From Eledone cirrhosa (lineage: Eukaryota): a stretch of DNA of 64,000 nucleotides. Under the pieces are notes generated by a model. It had not been told where the DNA came from and did not search any database. It worked only from the letters and a program-made list of their open reading frames with translations. The translations under genes and the position numbers were made by a program. The DNA lies in the NCBI GenBank assembly GCA_964016885.1, contig OZ024743.1:51274001-51338000 (forward strand), written 5' to 3'. Shown here in pieces: positions 11,006 to 22,431 of this stretch (positions within the stretch are counted from its first letter, which is position 1; each line of letters begins with the position of its first letter).

Positions 11006-11162
11006 TAATGAATGAATATTATATAATTTATCTACTAAATTTTGTAACACAGGATTAAACATAAATAATTTAATGTATTGCTTATTTCAAGATTCACTTC
11101 TTTTAAAAGTTTCAAATTTCAACTTCTGGTATATCGCCACCACCACTAACACTTCAACTATA

Positions 11163-11652
11163 TATACATATGTGGATGTACATTTTTAACTTAATTGTTT
11201 AAGCGTCAGTCATACAAAAGTGAGTTACAAACGAAACGAAATTTAATTTCGTTTCGTTATTTGTTTTTATCGTCTCCGTTGAACCGGTACGTACTCACGC
11301 TCTATGCAAATTAGTCTGCCCACTACTAATTTTCATAGAAAAAGCATATAACGATATGTGCTTTTACGATTCTCTAGAAAGGCCGGAAGATAGGTAAATA
11401 TTGCTGATGAGATGTAACAACATCGAAACTAGTCCAATATTCCTTGTCTGGAGAATAGAGGAAAGGTGTTTCCTCAAAAACCAGTATGACTCTAAAAACC
11501 GGTTTGTCTGTGTGTTTACATACAGAATAGCTGGACACTCACAGTAAAGTGACCAGTGAAAAACTCGGTACATCTACATATGTACACGTGTGTGTATTCA
11601 TATGCATACTATTTCAGTATACATATGTGGATGTACATTTTTAACTTAATTG

Positions 11653-11653
<1 letters not shown>
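11163..11653 (+). mobile_element. Retrozyme-like non-coding element, 455 bp monomer with 36 bp terminal redundancy
   Basis: tatacatatgtggatgtacatttttaacttaattgt at 11163-11198 and 11618-11653; TA-repeat flanks; hammerhead at 11397-11441; octamer at 11304-11311. Confidence 0.8.
11397..11441 (+). ncRNA. Type I hammerhead ribozyme, intact core
   Basis: aatattg-CTGATGA-gatg-taacaa-catc-GAAA-ctag-TC-caatatt; perfect 7 bp stem I, 4 bp stem II, palindromic stem III, GUC triplet with cleavage after 11434. Confidence 0.92.
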
Positions 11654-11687
<34 letters not shown>

Positions 11688-11914
11688 TGAGATACAGAGT
11701 GACTACGTGACATATATGTAGAGAGAAAGATGAAGAGATTAGTACTCTTTTCAACACGCTGATGCGTATGTGTATGTGCATACATTTATATGCATAAAAA
11801 ATATAATATAATGCTTACAGAACGAAAACAGAGATGTGTGTGTCACCGTTTTTAAGTTAGAGACATATATATATGTGTGTATCCCTTCCTTCCTTTTACA
11901 CACACACACACATT

Positions 11915-12500
11915 GTGTGATGGATAGATGGACAGAAGTTGCTCAAATTTATATACATGTGAATGGAGTTCCACTGAAGCAGGTAGAAAAGTTCAAGTAT
12001 CTCGGAGCTGTATTCACAAGAGATGAAAGGCAGGAAGCTGAATTAATTGCAAAAGCTGATGCAATAATCAAAAGGGAGGTAAGTGTAAAAGCCAAACCCG
12101 CTGCCTTCCTGCCAACCCTTACCTATGGTCATGAATCTTGGGTAATGACTGAAATACAATCACAAATACAAGCGGCCGAAATGAGGTTCCTTTGAAGGGT
12201 CTTTGGAGTAACTTTAGTCGATAAAGTGCACAGATCAGAGAGTCACTCCAACTAGAGCTGCTACTTCTTCGGATTGTGAGATCACAGCTCCAATATTATG
12301 ACGTGGTTAGAATGTCTCAGGAAAGAATCACTGGACAGATTTTGCAGGCAAAACCAACCGGCAGGAGACCCAGAGCAAGATAGTTGGATAACATCCATGA
12401 GATAGGCTGGTCACGCTTTGGGATCAAGCTGGATCAGTTAGCGATGTTTGCTTCCGACAGACTCACTAGGTGTTTGAGGACTGTCCTCACAACCCTCTCA
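11915..12500 (+). mobile_element. Second RTE-like LINE family, 3' fragment
   Basis: QVEKFKYLG, LPTLTYGHESWVMT and QAAEMRFL motifs. Confidence 0.8.
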
Positions 12501-13112
12501 GAAGATATTGTCAATTTACATATCATCTCTATATGCATATACATTCGCGCATAATACTAATACGCACACTACATATGTTAGCAGAAAACGGCTCGAGGGT
12601 GGTTCTTCTGCTAGTTTAAAATAATGATTGAGTAGTTCCAAAACCTGTTTTTATTGTAATGCAATTGTAGCAGATTTAAGGGAGATAATTAGAATGTAGG
12701 AGCTTTTGATTGACACCACCGAAATGCTTACAGTGGATTTCAGTGACCATCAGGAAATATATAATCCATATGGGATGCTTTGACTTAGTTGCTTCTAACC
12801 AATATATGTGTTGGGGTAATTCTAAATGTTTTTATATTTTATATCTTGTTTAAATTATTGCTTTAGAATAATTTTATACTTATTTCATGTTTTATCCAAT
12901 TAATCTGTTGATTGCATACCATACGTATTGTAAATCCTTGCAGTCTACATGTCAAATAAAGAAATCATATAAATACAATTGTATGAATTTTCCAAAGTAT
13001 GTTTAAATATATTAAATTTATGTGAAGTGTAGAATAAAAAGTTCATAGAATAGAACATTGTTTTTACACGTGGGAAAGAAAAATCTGAAGTTTAAGTCAT
13101 GTTGAACAATGT

Positions 13113-13400
13113 AATGTGAACCACTGGATTTATACATGAGATGTGAACCACTGGGTTATACATGTGATGTGAACCACTTGGTTTATACATGAGATGTGAA
13201 CCACTGGGTTATACATGTGATGTGAACCACTGGGTTTATACATGAGATGTGAACCACTGGGTTATACATGTGATGTGAACCACTGGGTTATACATGTAAT
13301 GTGAACAACTGGGTTATACACGAGATGTGAACCACTGGGTTATACATGTGATGTGAACCACTGGGTTTATACATGAGATGTGAACCAACTATAGGGTTAT
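13113..13400. repeat. 26-27 bp minisatellite, ~11 copies
   Basis: Unit atgtgaaccactgggttatacatgtg; lies in the probable 3' UTR of the zinc-finger gene. Confidence 0.95.
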
Positions 13401-13576
13401 GCGTTATTTGAATCACTCAGGTATGCTGGATTATAAAATTCTATTTGCCAATATTGGAAAAATTTAGTGAAATCAAACGCTGGGTCTCACAGATGACAAA
13501 AGATTAAAATGAATGTTAATATGATGTACAACAGAATGATGTCAACATTAAGTTAAAGTGGTGGTAGTGGTAGCAG

Positions 13577-14896
13577 TCATGATGATTTTTTTCTTGTGTG
13601 GACAATGTAATGTTTATTTAAGTCACCTTTATACCAGAAACCTTTACCACAGATTTCACATATGTTTGTTTTGTTGTCTGTATGAACTATACTATGTTTC
13701 TTCAAGTCACTAACACACAAATAAGTTTTACAACAGATCTCACATTGGAATGGTCTGTCATTGGTGTGAAGCTTTTTATGTCTATTTCTATTAGATTTTA
13801 ATGAGAACGCTTTACCACATACATCACAGTTATATGGTTTCTCTTTACTATGAACCAGTTTATGGCACTTTAAGTAATCTATGCATGTGAATGTTCTACC
13901 GCAGCTTTCACAGCAGTAAGGTCTCTCTCCTGTATGAATGGTTTTATGCCTCTTTAAATCTCGACTTTTTACAAATACTTTATCACAAATATTGCATCGT
14001 TTTGGACTAGAGATGGTTGTATGGAGTAGTTTATGTTTTATTAAATCAGCATTATTCCAGAATGTATTACCACAAAAGTTGCAGTAGTAAGGTTTTACTC
14101 CAGAGTGAACCATTTTATGCTTGGTTAAATAATATTTTTTTGAGAATGTTTTGTCACAAATTTCACATTTGTACATTTTATCTCCAGTATGAACAAACAT
14201 ATGATGCTTTAATTCCCCATTAGTTGTAAAAGTTTTACCACAAATTTCACAGTGGCATGGTTTATCTCCTGTGTGAATCATTTTATGTCTCTTTAGGACA
14301 TTATTTCTATTAAAAGTTTTACCACAAACCTCACAACTGAATGGTCTCTCTACCGTATGAACAAGTTGATGGTCCTTTAAAATACTGTTGTATGCAAATA
14401 TTTTACCACAGGTATCACAACGATATGGACTTTCTCCCGTGTGCATCATTTCATGCTTCTTTAAGTAACTTTTATTAAAGAATGTTTTACCACAAATTTT
14501 ACAGCAAAATGGCTTCTCATCAGTGTGAATCCTTTTATGACTAGTTAAGTCATTTTTTCTTGAGAATACTTCATCACAAATGTCACAGTGGAATGGTTTC
14601 TCTCCAGTATGAAGCACCATATGTTGTTTTAATACAACATTAGTTGAGAAAGATTTACCACAAATTTCACAGCAGAATGGTTTCTCTCCGGTATGAATCA
14701 TTTTATGATTCTTTAGGTGAGCATTTCTTTTAAAAGATTTACCACAAACCTCACAGCTGAATGGTCTCTCTGCTGAATGAATACGTTTATGTACTTTTAA
14801 ATAACTATTATACGAGAATGTCTTATCACATATATCGCAGCGATGTTGTTTTTCTTCAATATGTGCTGACTCTTCGTTGACTCTGTTGTCTTCCAT
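13577..14896 (-). CDS. Tandem C2H2 zinc-finger protein, 439 aa, 15 fingers
   Basis: Uninterrupted ORF with 15 CxxC-x12-HxxxH units and TGEKP-type linkers; candidate upstream acceptor tttcag| at 15127. Confidence 0.95.
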   Translation of the reverse strand: MEDNRVNEESAHIEEKQHRCDICDKTFSYNSYLKVHKRIHSAERPFSCEVCGKSFKRNAHLKNHKMIHTGEKPFCCEICGKSFSTNVVLKQHMVLHTGEKPFHCDICDEVFSRKNDLTSHKRIHTDEKPFCCKICGKTFFNKSYLKKHEMMHTGESPYRCDTCGKIFAYNSILKDHQLVHTVERPFSCEVCGKTFNRNNVLKRHKMIHTGDKPCHCEICGKTFTTNGELKHHMFVHTGDKMYKCEICDKTFSKKYYLTKHKMVHSGVKPYYCNFCGNTFWNNADLIKHKLLHTTISSPKRCNICDKVFVKSRDLKRHKTIHTGERPYCCESCGRTFTCIDYLKCHKLVHSKEKPYNCDVCGKAFSLKSNRNRHKKLHTNDRPFQCEICCKTYLCVSDLKKHSIVHTDNKTNICEICGKGFWYKGDLNKHYIVHTRKKSS

Positions 14897-14923
14897 TCTG
14901 CAGGAATGTTTACAACTACAAAA

Positions 14924-15018
14924 CTTTTAAAAAGTTACAATAGTAACTAACAGTTCCCAAAACATAAATCTTTTAAAAAGTTACAATAGTAACTAACAGT
15001 TCCCAAAACATAAATCTT
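14924..15018. repeat. ~46 bp tandem duplication upstream of the ZNF start codon
   Basis: cttttaaaaagttacaatagtaactaacagttcccaaaacataaat occurs twice. Confidence 0.9.
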
Positions 15019-15267
15019 ATAATGTAAGTTTTCAATATTCTGTTAAACCTCCAGAACGTGTATATTAATGGATACAATTTGTTAACATCTTCATTTGGAA
15101 ATATTTTTCTTAAGATGGAAACAGTTCCTGAAATAATATAAAGAAACCAATATTAACATAGTTAACTATTCTAGCACATAATATGGTTAATTTTTTTAAT
15201 GAAATAAGTAACATTTGGTATCTTCACCAAACTGTAACACAGCTATGTTTGTGGGCTAATATACCTA

Positions 15268-16095
15268 CATCATCATCACTGTTTAACGTCCATTTTTCCA
15301 CACTAGCATGGGTTAGACAAGTTGTCCCATTGTGAGACAAGTCAGATCAGGTGACTGTGTCTTGCTCATACAGAACTGGTTCTGGCTTAGTTTCTATGGC
15401 TGAATGCCCTTCCTAAAGCTAACCACATTTACAATGTGTACTGGGTGCTTTTTTTTCGAGACACCTACATGACCACCTTACAGAAACACACGCACATACA
15501 TATATACACACATATATATATATATACACATTATCATCATCACCGTTCTACGCTAGCATGGGTTAGACAGGTTGTCCTGTTGTGGGCAGTGTCCGGTTGG
15601 CTGACCATGCCTTACTCATACGGGAACTGATTCTGGCTTGATTTCTATAGCAGGATGCCCTTCCCAACACCAACAACCTCATTTACAGTGAGTGCTGCAA
15701 ACTTTTTTTCCGTGGCACCTACACGTCCACTTTACAGTATGGGCTGGGAGCTTTTCTGCCGTGGCACCTCCACAACCACTTTGCAGTGGTGGTGGTGGTG
15801 GTGGCATATTGTCTATATGCTTCAGCTTGTATCTGTGGGAAGTTGAGTCTTCTGTATTACTGTGACACCAGAGGTCAAAGTCCCGTGTCATCGCCTTTGA
15901 GAGGTACAATTGGGTAAGGTCGACTTTTATCACCTCATCCCAGGTCTTCTTGGGTCTCCCCACTCCGTGGCTTCCATCGACTTCTAGTGTTTTGCACCTT
16001 TTTATGCAGCTGTCATCCTCCATACGCATCACATGTACCAATGCAACCTCCTCTCCTGCACACAGCATTTGATCCCTCTTATGATCAGTCTCTCT
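15268..16095 (-). mobile_element. Two RTE LINE 3'-end fragments
   Basis: Tail copies at ~15270-15475 and ~15535-16095; HVMRMEDDSC and GRPKKTWDE motifs. Confidence 0.85.
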
Positions 16096-16184
16096 CACAC
16101 ATATACATACATATATATATATATATACACACATATACATACATATATAATTAACAAAAACACCCAAAGAGGATTAATGGTACA

Positions 16185-16470
16185 TTCAGGTGAATGCTGA
16201 GAAAGGTTCAGAGAGCTTGGAAAACACACGTAGCAAAGAAATCGCGCTACATCATAAGGCAACAGAGGATCACATTAGTCAGACATGTGAAGTGTCACAA
16301 AAAACCTGCTGGCAGAGTTCTCTACTGGAAACCATTTGTTTGCAGAGATGTTGGGAGACCAACCATCACACTGAAGGATGTTCTTGGAGGCAAGGGAACT
16401 TCAGACAGTAATGCGGGACAGGGTCTGTTCAAGGAGGAAGTTCTTCATGGCACCAATAATAGATGTGTAG
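16185..16470 (+). mobile_element. Diverged RTE-like LINE C-terminal fragment
   Basis: RMLRKV..W, IIRQQRITLVRHV, VLYWKP and VGRPTIT pattern. Confidence 0.6.
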
Positions 16471-16880
16471 AATATAAATATATATACATATACACGTTTA
16501 TGTATTTGTTTTGCAAGATTTTCTGTGTAATCATGTGTTGAAACAGTTATATTTGGGGAGGGTCATGTTGGCAATAAAAACTCATGCAATATTTTGATTT
16601 TCACTTCAGTAGCATCATAGTTCTAATGTCCGTTTTCCCTTAGTTAATAGTTAGTTTGTCACACATTGACTATTTGCTTTCCTCTTATTCTGTTTATTCC
16701 ATCTTGTCTTTCTATGGTACTCCAAAATAAGAGCAGAAAGAGGAGGCAGAGAAAAACCAAGTGATTGTAACAAAAACACTTCGACGAATTAATAACAAAG
16801 CTTAAGTGACAATCAAATAGTGCATGTTTTTACTGGTAATATTGCCAACATGACTATTCCTAAATAAAACAATATATATA

Positions 16881-18530
16881 TATTAAAATAACAGATTAAA
16901 GTTTAAGCAAAGAATCGCTGCTTTCACCCATAACGGGATCTTCTGAAATAAAAAAAATCAATCTGTGAATGCAGAAGTAAATATTTTGAAAAACGTTGCG
17001 ACTGAAGGAAAACAGGAAGACGATACTTTGGTTTTGTGAAGTCGTTCCCTGGCAATGAACGGAAAAAGCGAAGATAATACGTTGTTATGTGGAGCGCGGA
17101 GAACAATTACACGCAAAGACAAAACCACGTTTATGGTATAAATTAAGTCGTAGACTAATATTCTATTTGGGAAAACGAATGATTCTCGGCTTCAGAGTTA
17201 AGAATAATATAAATAACTTAGAACGAAAATGACAGAGATTATGAATCAATAATAATTGTGGACAACTTCCGTTACCTGGGTGACAAAATCAGCAGTGGGG
17301 GAGGGTGCTCTGAAAGTACAGTAGCTAGAGTCAGAACTGGGTGGAAAAAGTTCAGAGAGCTCATACCACTATTAGCCGCTAAAGGGTTCTCCCTAAAAAT
17401 GAAAGGCAGGTTGTACGATGCCTGCATACGAACAGCAATGTTGCACGGCAGTGAGACCTGGGCATTGTGTGCAGAGGATATATGCAGACTAGAGAGAAAC
17501 GAAGCTTGCATGCTCCGCTGGATGTGTAATAGTAATATACGTGAACGGCAAAGCATAAACGAACTAAGGAAAAAATTAGAAATAAGAGGGATCAGATGTT
17601 GTTTACTCGAGAGAAGGCTACGTTGGTATGGTCACGTGATGCGCATGAAGGACGATAGCTGTATAACAAAGTGCAGGGCAATAAAGATAGATGGTAGCCA
17701 CGGAATAGGCAGACCCAGAAAAACCTGGGACGAGCTGATAAATTCCGACCTCACACACTTACACCTCACCAAGACAATGTCACTGGACCGAGACCTTTGG
17801 CGGTACTCAGTAATGAAGACCCGCCTTACCTAAATACAAAGTAAAACCTACTACAGTCAGTAGGCATCTCTAACAAAATACACCCCCGTCCCACCACCCC
17901 CACCGCCCCTTTCAATGTAAAGTTATGTTGGTGCCACAACATCCAGGCCGAAACAAATGAGATCGTGTAGGTGTCACGTCAAAAAAACACACAGTTCACG
18001 CTGTAATGTGGCCGTGTAGGCAACACGGTAAAAACCTCCCAGCCCCACACTGTAAATGTGGTTGGTGTTAGGAAGGGCATCCAGCTGTAGAAAACCCGCC
18101 AGATAGTCCTATGCGAGCAAGATAACCACTCTTGCCTCAAGTGGGAAAACCCTCCGTCCAAACCCATGCAAGCATGGAACACGGACGTTAAATGATGATG
18201 ATGATGATGATGACACATCCATAAACGTACATACACGAAAACACTCGCCACGCATGCATATTGCCAGGGAACGTCTTCACGAACCAAAGTATCGTCTTCC
18301 TGTTTTCCTTCAGTTGCAACGTTTTTCAAAATATTTACTTCTGCGTTCACAGATTGATTTTTTTTAGTTTCAGAAGATCCCGTTATGGGTGAAAGCAGCG
18401 ATTCTTTGCTTAAATATTAATCTGTTATTTTAATAAATATTTGCTCTAGGGTTCTTATATATTTGATATATATTTATCCTTATCGAGCCCTCTTTGGATT
18501 TTAGTCTTCACATTTATTATTATTACTATA
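16881..18530 (+). mobile_element. Non-coding element with ~175 bp inverted arms and a unique 3' tail (Penelope-like architecture), interrupted by a LINE
   Basis: 16881-17056 is the reverse complement of 18260-18435; the tail 18436-18530 recurs at ~46236-46330; TA-repeat flanks. Confidence 0.65.
17257..18213 (+). mobile_element. RTE LINE 3' fragment, 191-codon open frame plus UTR
   Basis: FRYLGD, RTAMLHGSETW, RRLRWYGHVMR, GRPRKTW motifs; (GAT)n tail. Confidence 0.93.
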
Positions 18531-18999
18531 TGTATAAATAAAATGTAACGTTTGTTTATATATAGATATGTTATATAAAAAATATTTCTGTGCTCCAATT
18601 TACTTCAGAAACCAAAATTAATTATGTAGTAAATATATAAGATTAAATAGAAGTACATACATGTAATCAATTATTATTAGTAACCTTAGTCTAACCCATG
18701 GAAAATAGACAAACAATGATGGTGAACCTTATAAATATAATACACAAAAATATATAATCAAAGTGAGAGAAAAAAAAAAATCAATTCATCATTGTGACAA
18801 TTAGTCACACAGCACAAGGGTCAACAGAGATGTTTGAGGTAGCCAACTCTCTGGCAGCTTTACTGTGGGTGATGGCAAGGTGCTGAAACAGCCAAAGGTG
18901 ATGCCTGTGAGGGTGTTTAATTACTTATAAAGATTTTTGTAATTTCTAAGTTCTTCATGCTTAGTTTGGCACAATAGTGTTCCTAAATCTGTCTATTAA

Positions 19000-19197
19000 C
19001 CCTTTAGTATTTAAACCAGCCAGAATTCTCTCACCTTTTTCTGTTCAAACCAGCCATAACTGGCCACTCATACTGAATTTAAGGTATTGTTCTCAAAATA
19101 AATAATATCAAAATCTCATAGATCTGATATTATCTGAGGTAAAGTCTTTACCATGAAAATACAATAATAGATATAGAGTAATGTAAATGCTAAAGGG
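19000..19197 (+). mobile_element. piggyBac-type MITE
   Basis: TTAA|CCCTTTAG ... CTAAAGGG|TTAA termini and TSD. Confidence 0.85.
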
Positions 19198-20079
19198 TTA
19201 ATGTTGTGAGCCCTCCAGCCCATCTTCAGAATGACCATAAAGCGTAGTCAATAAAGGATCATGGGAGTAATAAAAAAAAAAGTGATTTAAAATGTCTCAA
19301 TGGTAGAAACATGGCACTTATCAAAATAGGTTTCACGTTTGTGGATCTGAGTTATTTGCTTATAGTTTTGTCTGTAATTCTCTTTCTCTATGTATGTGTA
19401 TATATAGATATATAGTTCAAGGAGACAAACAGAGGTACACAACGTGCCATGTTTCTACCATTGAGACATGCTAAGATGTGTATATATATATACTTGTTAA
19501 CATGTCTGATGAGCAGATCGGGCTGAAGTCAGGCCTATATATTTTACATAGATCCTGAGCCAGCCATCTGTGAAACGGTCCTAACAGTGTATAATCAATA
19601 AAGACCTTAATGTTGTTTTTAATATATACACTCTGCATTAGCATAGAATGTTGACTTTTGTACCTTCCACAGTAAACCACGAATCTACTGACCACACTTT
19701 ATTTATATATATACACATACACATGTAGATAGAGAAAAGCAGACGGACAACACTGTTGAGAGAACGTTAACTCCTAGTATGAATGGAAATATTTTCACAT
19801 CTAGCCCCCCAAACACTTGTCTTACCGGGGCGTTGACAGTGGAAGTTTGGTTCGGTCCCGGTGTGTAATTTTACACCATTTCCTTGTAAAGGTACAGAAG
19901 TAGTAACATTTAATTAGAATATCTCTCTTCCCAGTAATACCGCGTCCCGTCTATTCGTAAACGAGCGGCATAGTAAAACAAAAGTTTGTAACATTATAAA
20001 CAAAATAATAAAAATTAGAACGTTTATCAGACCGTGTTAATGCGACAGGTGGCCATTGTATCTTCACCCATCTCTTTAA

Positions 20080-20290
20080 CCCTTTAGCATTTAAACTGGA
20101 CATATCCGGCCAGAATTCTCTCACCTCATTCTGTTCAAACCAGCCACTCATACTGATGTTAAGGTATTGTTTTCAAAATAAATAATATGAAAATCTCATA
20201 GATTCGATATTATGTGAGATAATTATCAGGTAAAGCCTTTACCATGAAAATACAATAGTAAATATAGATGAATGTAAATGGTAAAGAGTC
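20080..20290 (+). mobile_element. piggyBac-type MITE, second copy
   Basis: TTAA|CCCTTTAGCATTTA start; colinear with 19000-19197; right end decayed. Confidence 0.8.
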
Positions 20291-20571
20291 TGCTAGAAAT
20301 ACAAGTCAAATCTCCCTGAAACCAGCGGGTCGGGTCGTAGCTTGTATGAAATGCCTTTAATAATGGATACAACAAATCTATTATATATACCGTCTTCTCA
20401 ATGTGGTCCATATCGATCCCTAGGGGTAAATAAATGTTTACTGGTTCACAGCTGGTGAATTTACTAGTTTACATTAATTTATCTGTTCCTAACTGGAGAA
20501 TAAACACCAGTTCATGTAGACTGGCTGCCATATGTGGTACACCTAAGAGAATGCCTGTTAAGTTGTATTAA

Positions 20572-20768
20572 CCCTTTGGCATTTACATTACTCTATATAT
20601 AATATTGTATTTTCACAGTAAAGGCTTTACCTCACATAATATTGAATCTATGAGATTTTGGTATTATTTCTTTTGAGAACAATACCTTAACATCAGTATG
20701 AGCAGCAGTTTGAACAGAAAGAGGTGAGAGAATTCTGGCCGGATATGGCTGGTTTAAATGCTAACGAG
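20572..20768 (-). mobile_element. piggyBac-type MITE, inverted third copy
   Basis: TTAA-flanked reverse complement of 19000-19197; another TTAA|CCCTTT terminus follows immediately. Confidence 0.8.
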
Positions 20769-21881
20769 TTAACCCTTTTTATAACAAACCGCCTTTGTCT
20801 TATGATACAAACGTGTTCAGGCTTATATTAAAAGCTTTCATCGTAATTTTATGGCCCGAACTTCTCCATCCTGTCCGCCGGGGCTGTGGAGAGGCCAGCA
20901 CGTTGGACCCCATTTGCTCACCATACGGATTAATAGGCAAAGTTATAAACTATTGTAAATAAACTTATTTAATTTTAAAAAATAAAAAGCTGAACTAAAA
21001 AGTCAGTTATTTCACTAAACTCCTCCAAGTTCTTATTTGAAACACATTAAACAATGTCTATCATTAGAAATGTAACAAGAAGCTTAAACACTGCTAAATT
21101 AGTTATGTTTTATAATTTTATATTACATTTATAGTTGGCTCCCTTGTTCACCCCTTCCTTTACATTTTCTTTAATATTAAAAGAATATATCTTTCTGAAA
21201 GAATAGCGAGCTATTTATAATGTTGTCTAAGCATTTGTAATGTTATTTATGTATATATTTAAAACATATTTGTTATGTTATTCTACTGTAATTTATTTAT
21301 ATGCTCTGTTTATATTTTCATTCTGAAAGAATTGCAAACGATTTGTAATGTTATTTATACAACTGTGAATAAAGTTTACTGGTTCTTTTCTTATTTAAGT
21401 TGTATTAAAAGTAAATTGATGTACTTTGTGTTGAATTGATGGTTTTTTTCCCCTTTTCACTTTGATTACATATTTGTTGTGTATTATAAAGTTCCTAGCA
21501 ATAAGTAATTCCTATGTACTTCTATTTAATCTTATATATTTGTTGTGTGATAATAAAGCTTCAAATCTAAAAAATGTAAATTAGTGATGTTTTGTAATTT
21601 TATGATTAATTTGTTCAGGCTGAGTATAAATTAAATCTTGTAAGAAGAGAGTCTATCAAGTGGAGAATACAAGATATATATACCTACCATCATCAGATAA
21701 AAAGAATGATATTAAAATTAAGTTAAAATGAAATTCCAAAGAATTCGAGCATGGTATGGCGCACCGGAAGTGAAGACATAAGTAAGCGATAATACCACAC
21801 GGCGAAACTAAACCATCATTGAAATTTTCAAAATACTTTCAGGAAATGTATTGAGGTGTATTGATCTACTGCTCAAGGAAA

Positions 21882-22060
21882 TAATTGTTTCTATTTTTAG
21901 CACAAGGCCAGCAATTACTCCAGTGCATTACCGATACTTTAATTTATCGACAAAGTAAGAATGAAAGGCAAAATTAACCTCGAGAGGATTTGAACACAGA
22001 CTGTAAAGGGACGTAACTCTATGCAACAAAGCATGGCGTCCGACCCTCTGCTGATTCTGC
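21882..22060 (-). mobile_element. tRNA-derived SINE
   Basis: Same family as 10667-11005. Confidence 0.8.
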
Positions 22061-22431
22061 TAAAAGCAAATAATTGTTTCTACTTTATTTTTCTTAAGGA
22101 AATAATTGTTTCTACTTTTGGCGCAAGCCTTTCTGCGGTAAAGTTCTAGTTGGAAGGGACTTTAGGTAAACTGCGTCACTCATTAAGAGAGGATCAAATG
22201 CTGCTATAATTAAATCTTTTTTTTGTCGCACTGTAAAATTGAAACATTTTAAATATCAGAGTGTGTTCTATTATTATTTCTGGCAATATTATAACAATAT
22301 AACATCACAAATATAATGTCGTTGATAAACGTATATAAAAAAATACAACCAACTATCCAGAACCTTACCAAAACACGTGACGAGAAAAAGAAAAAAAAAC
22401 GAAAACGACCATCAAGTCCGTCACACACGAA

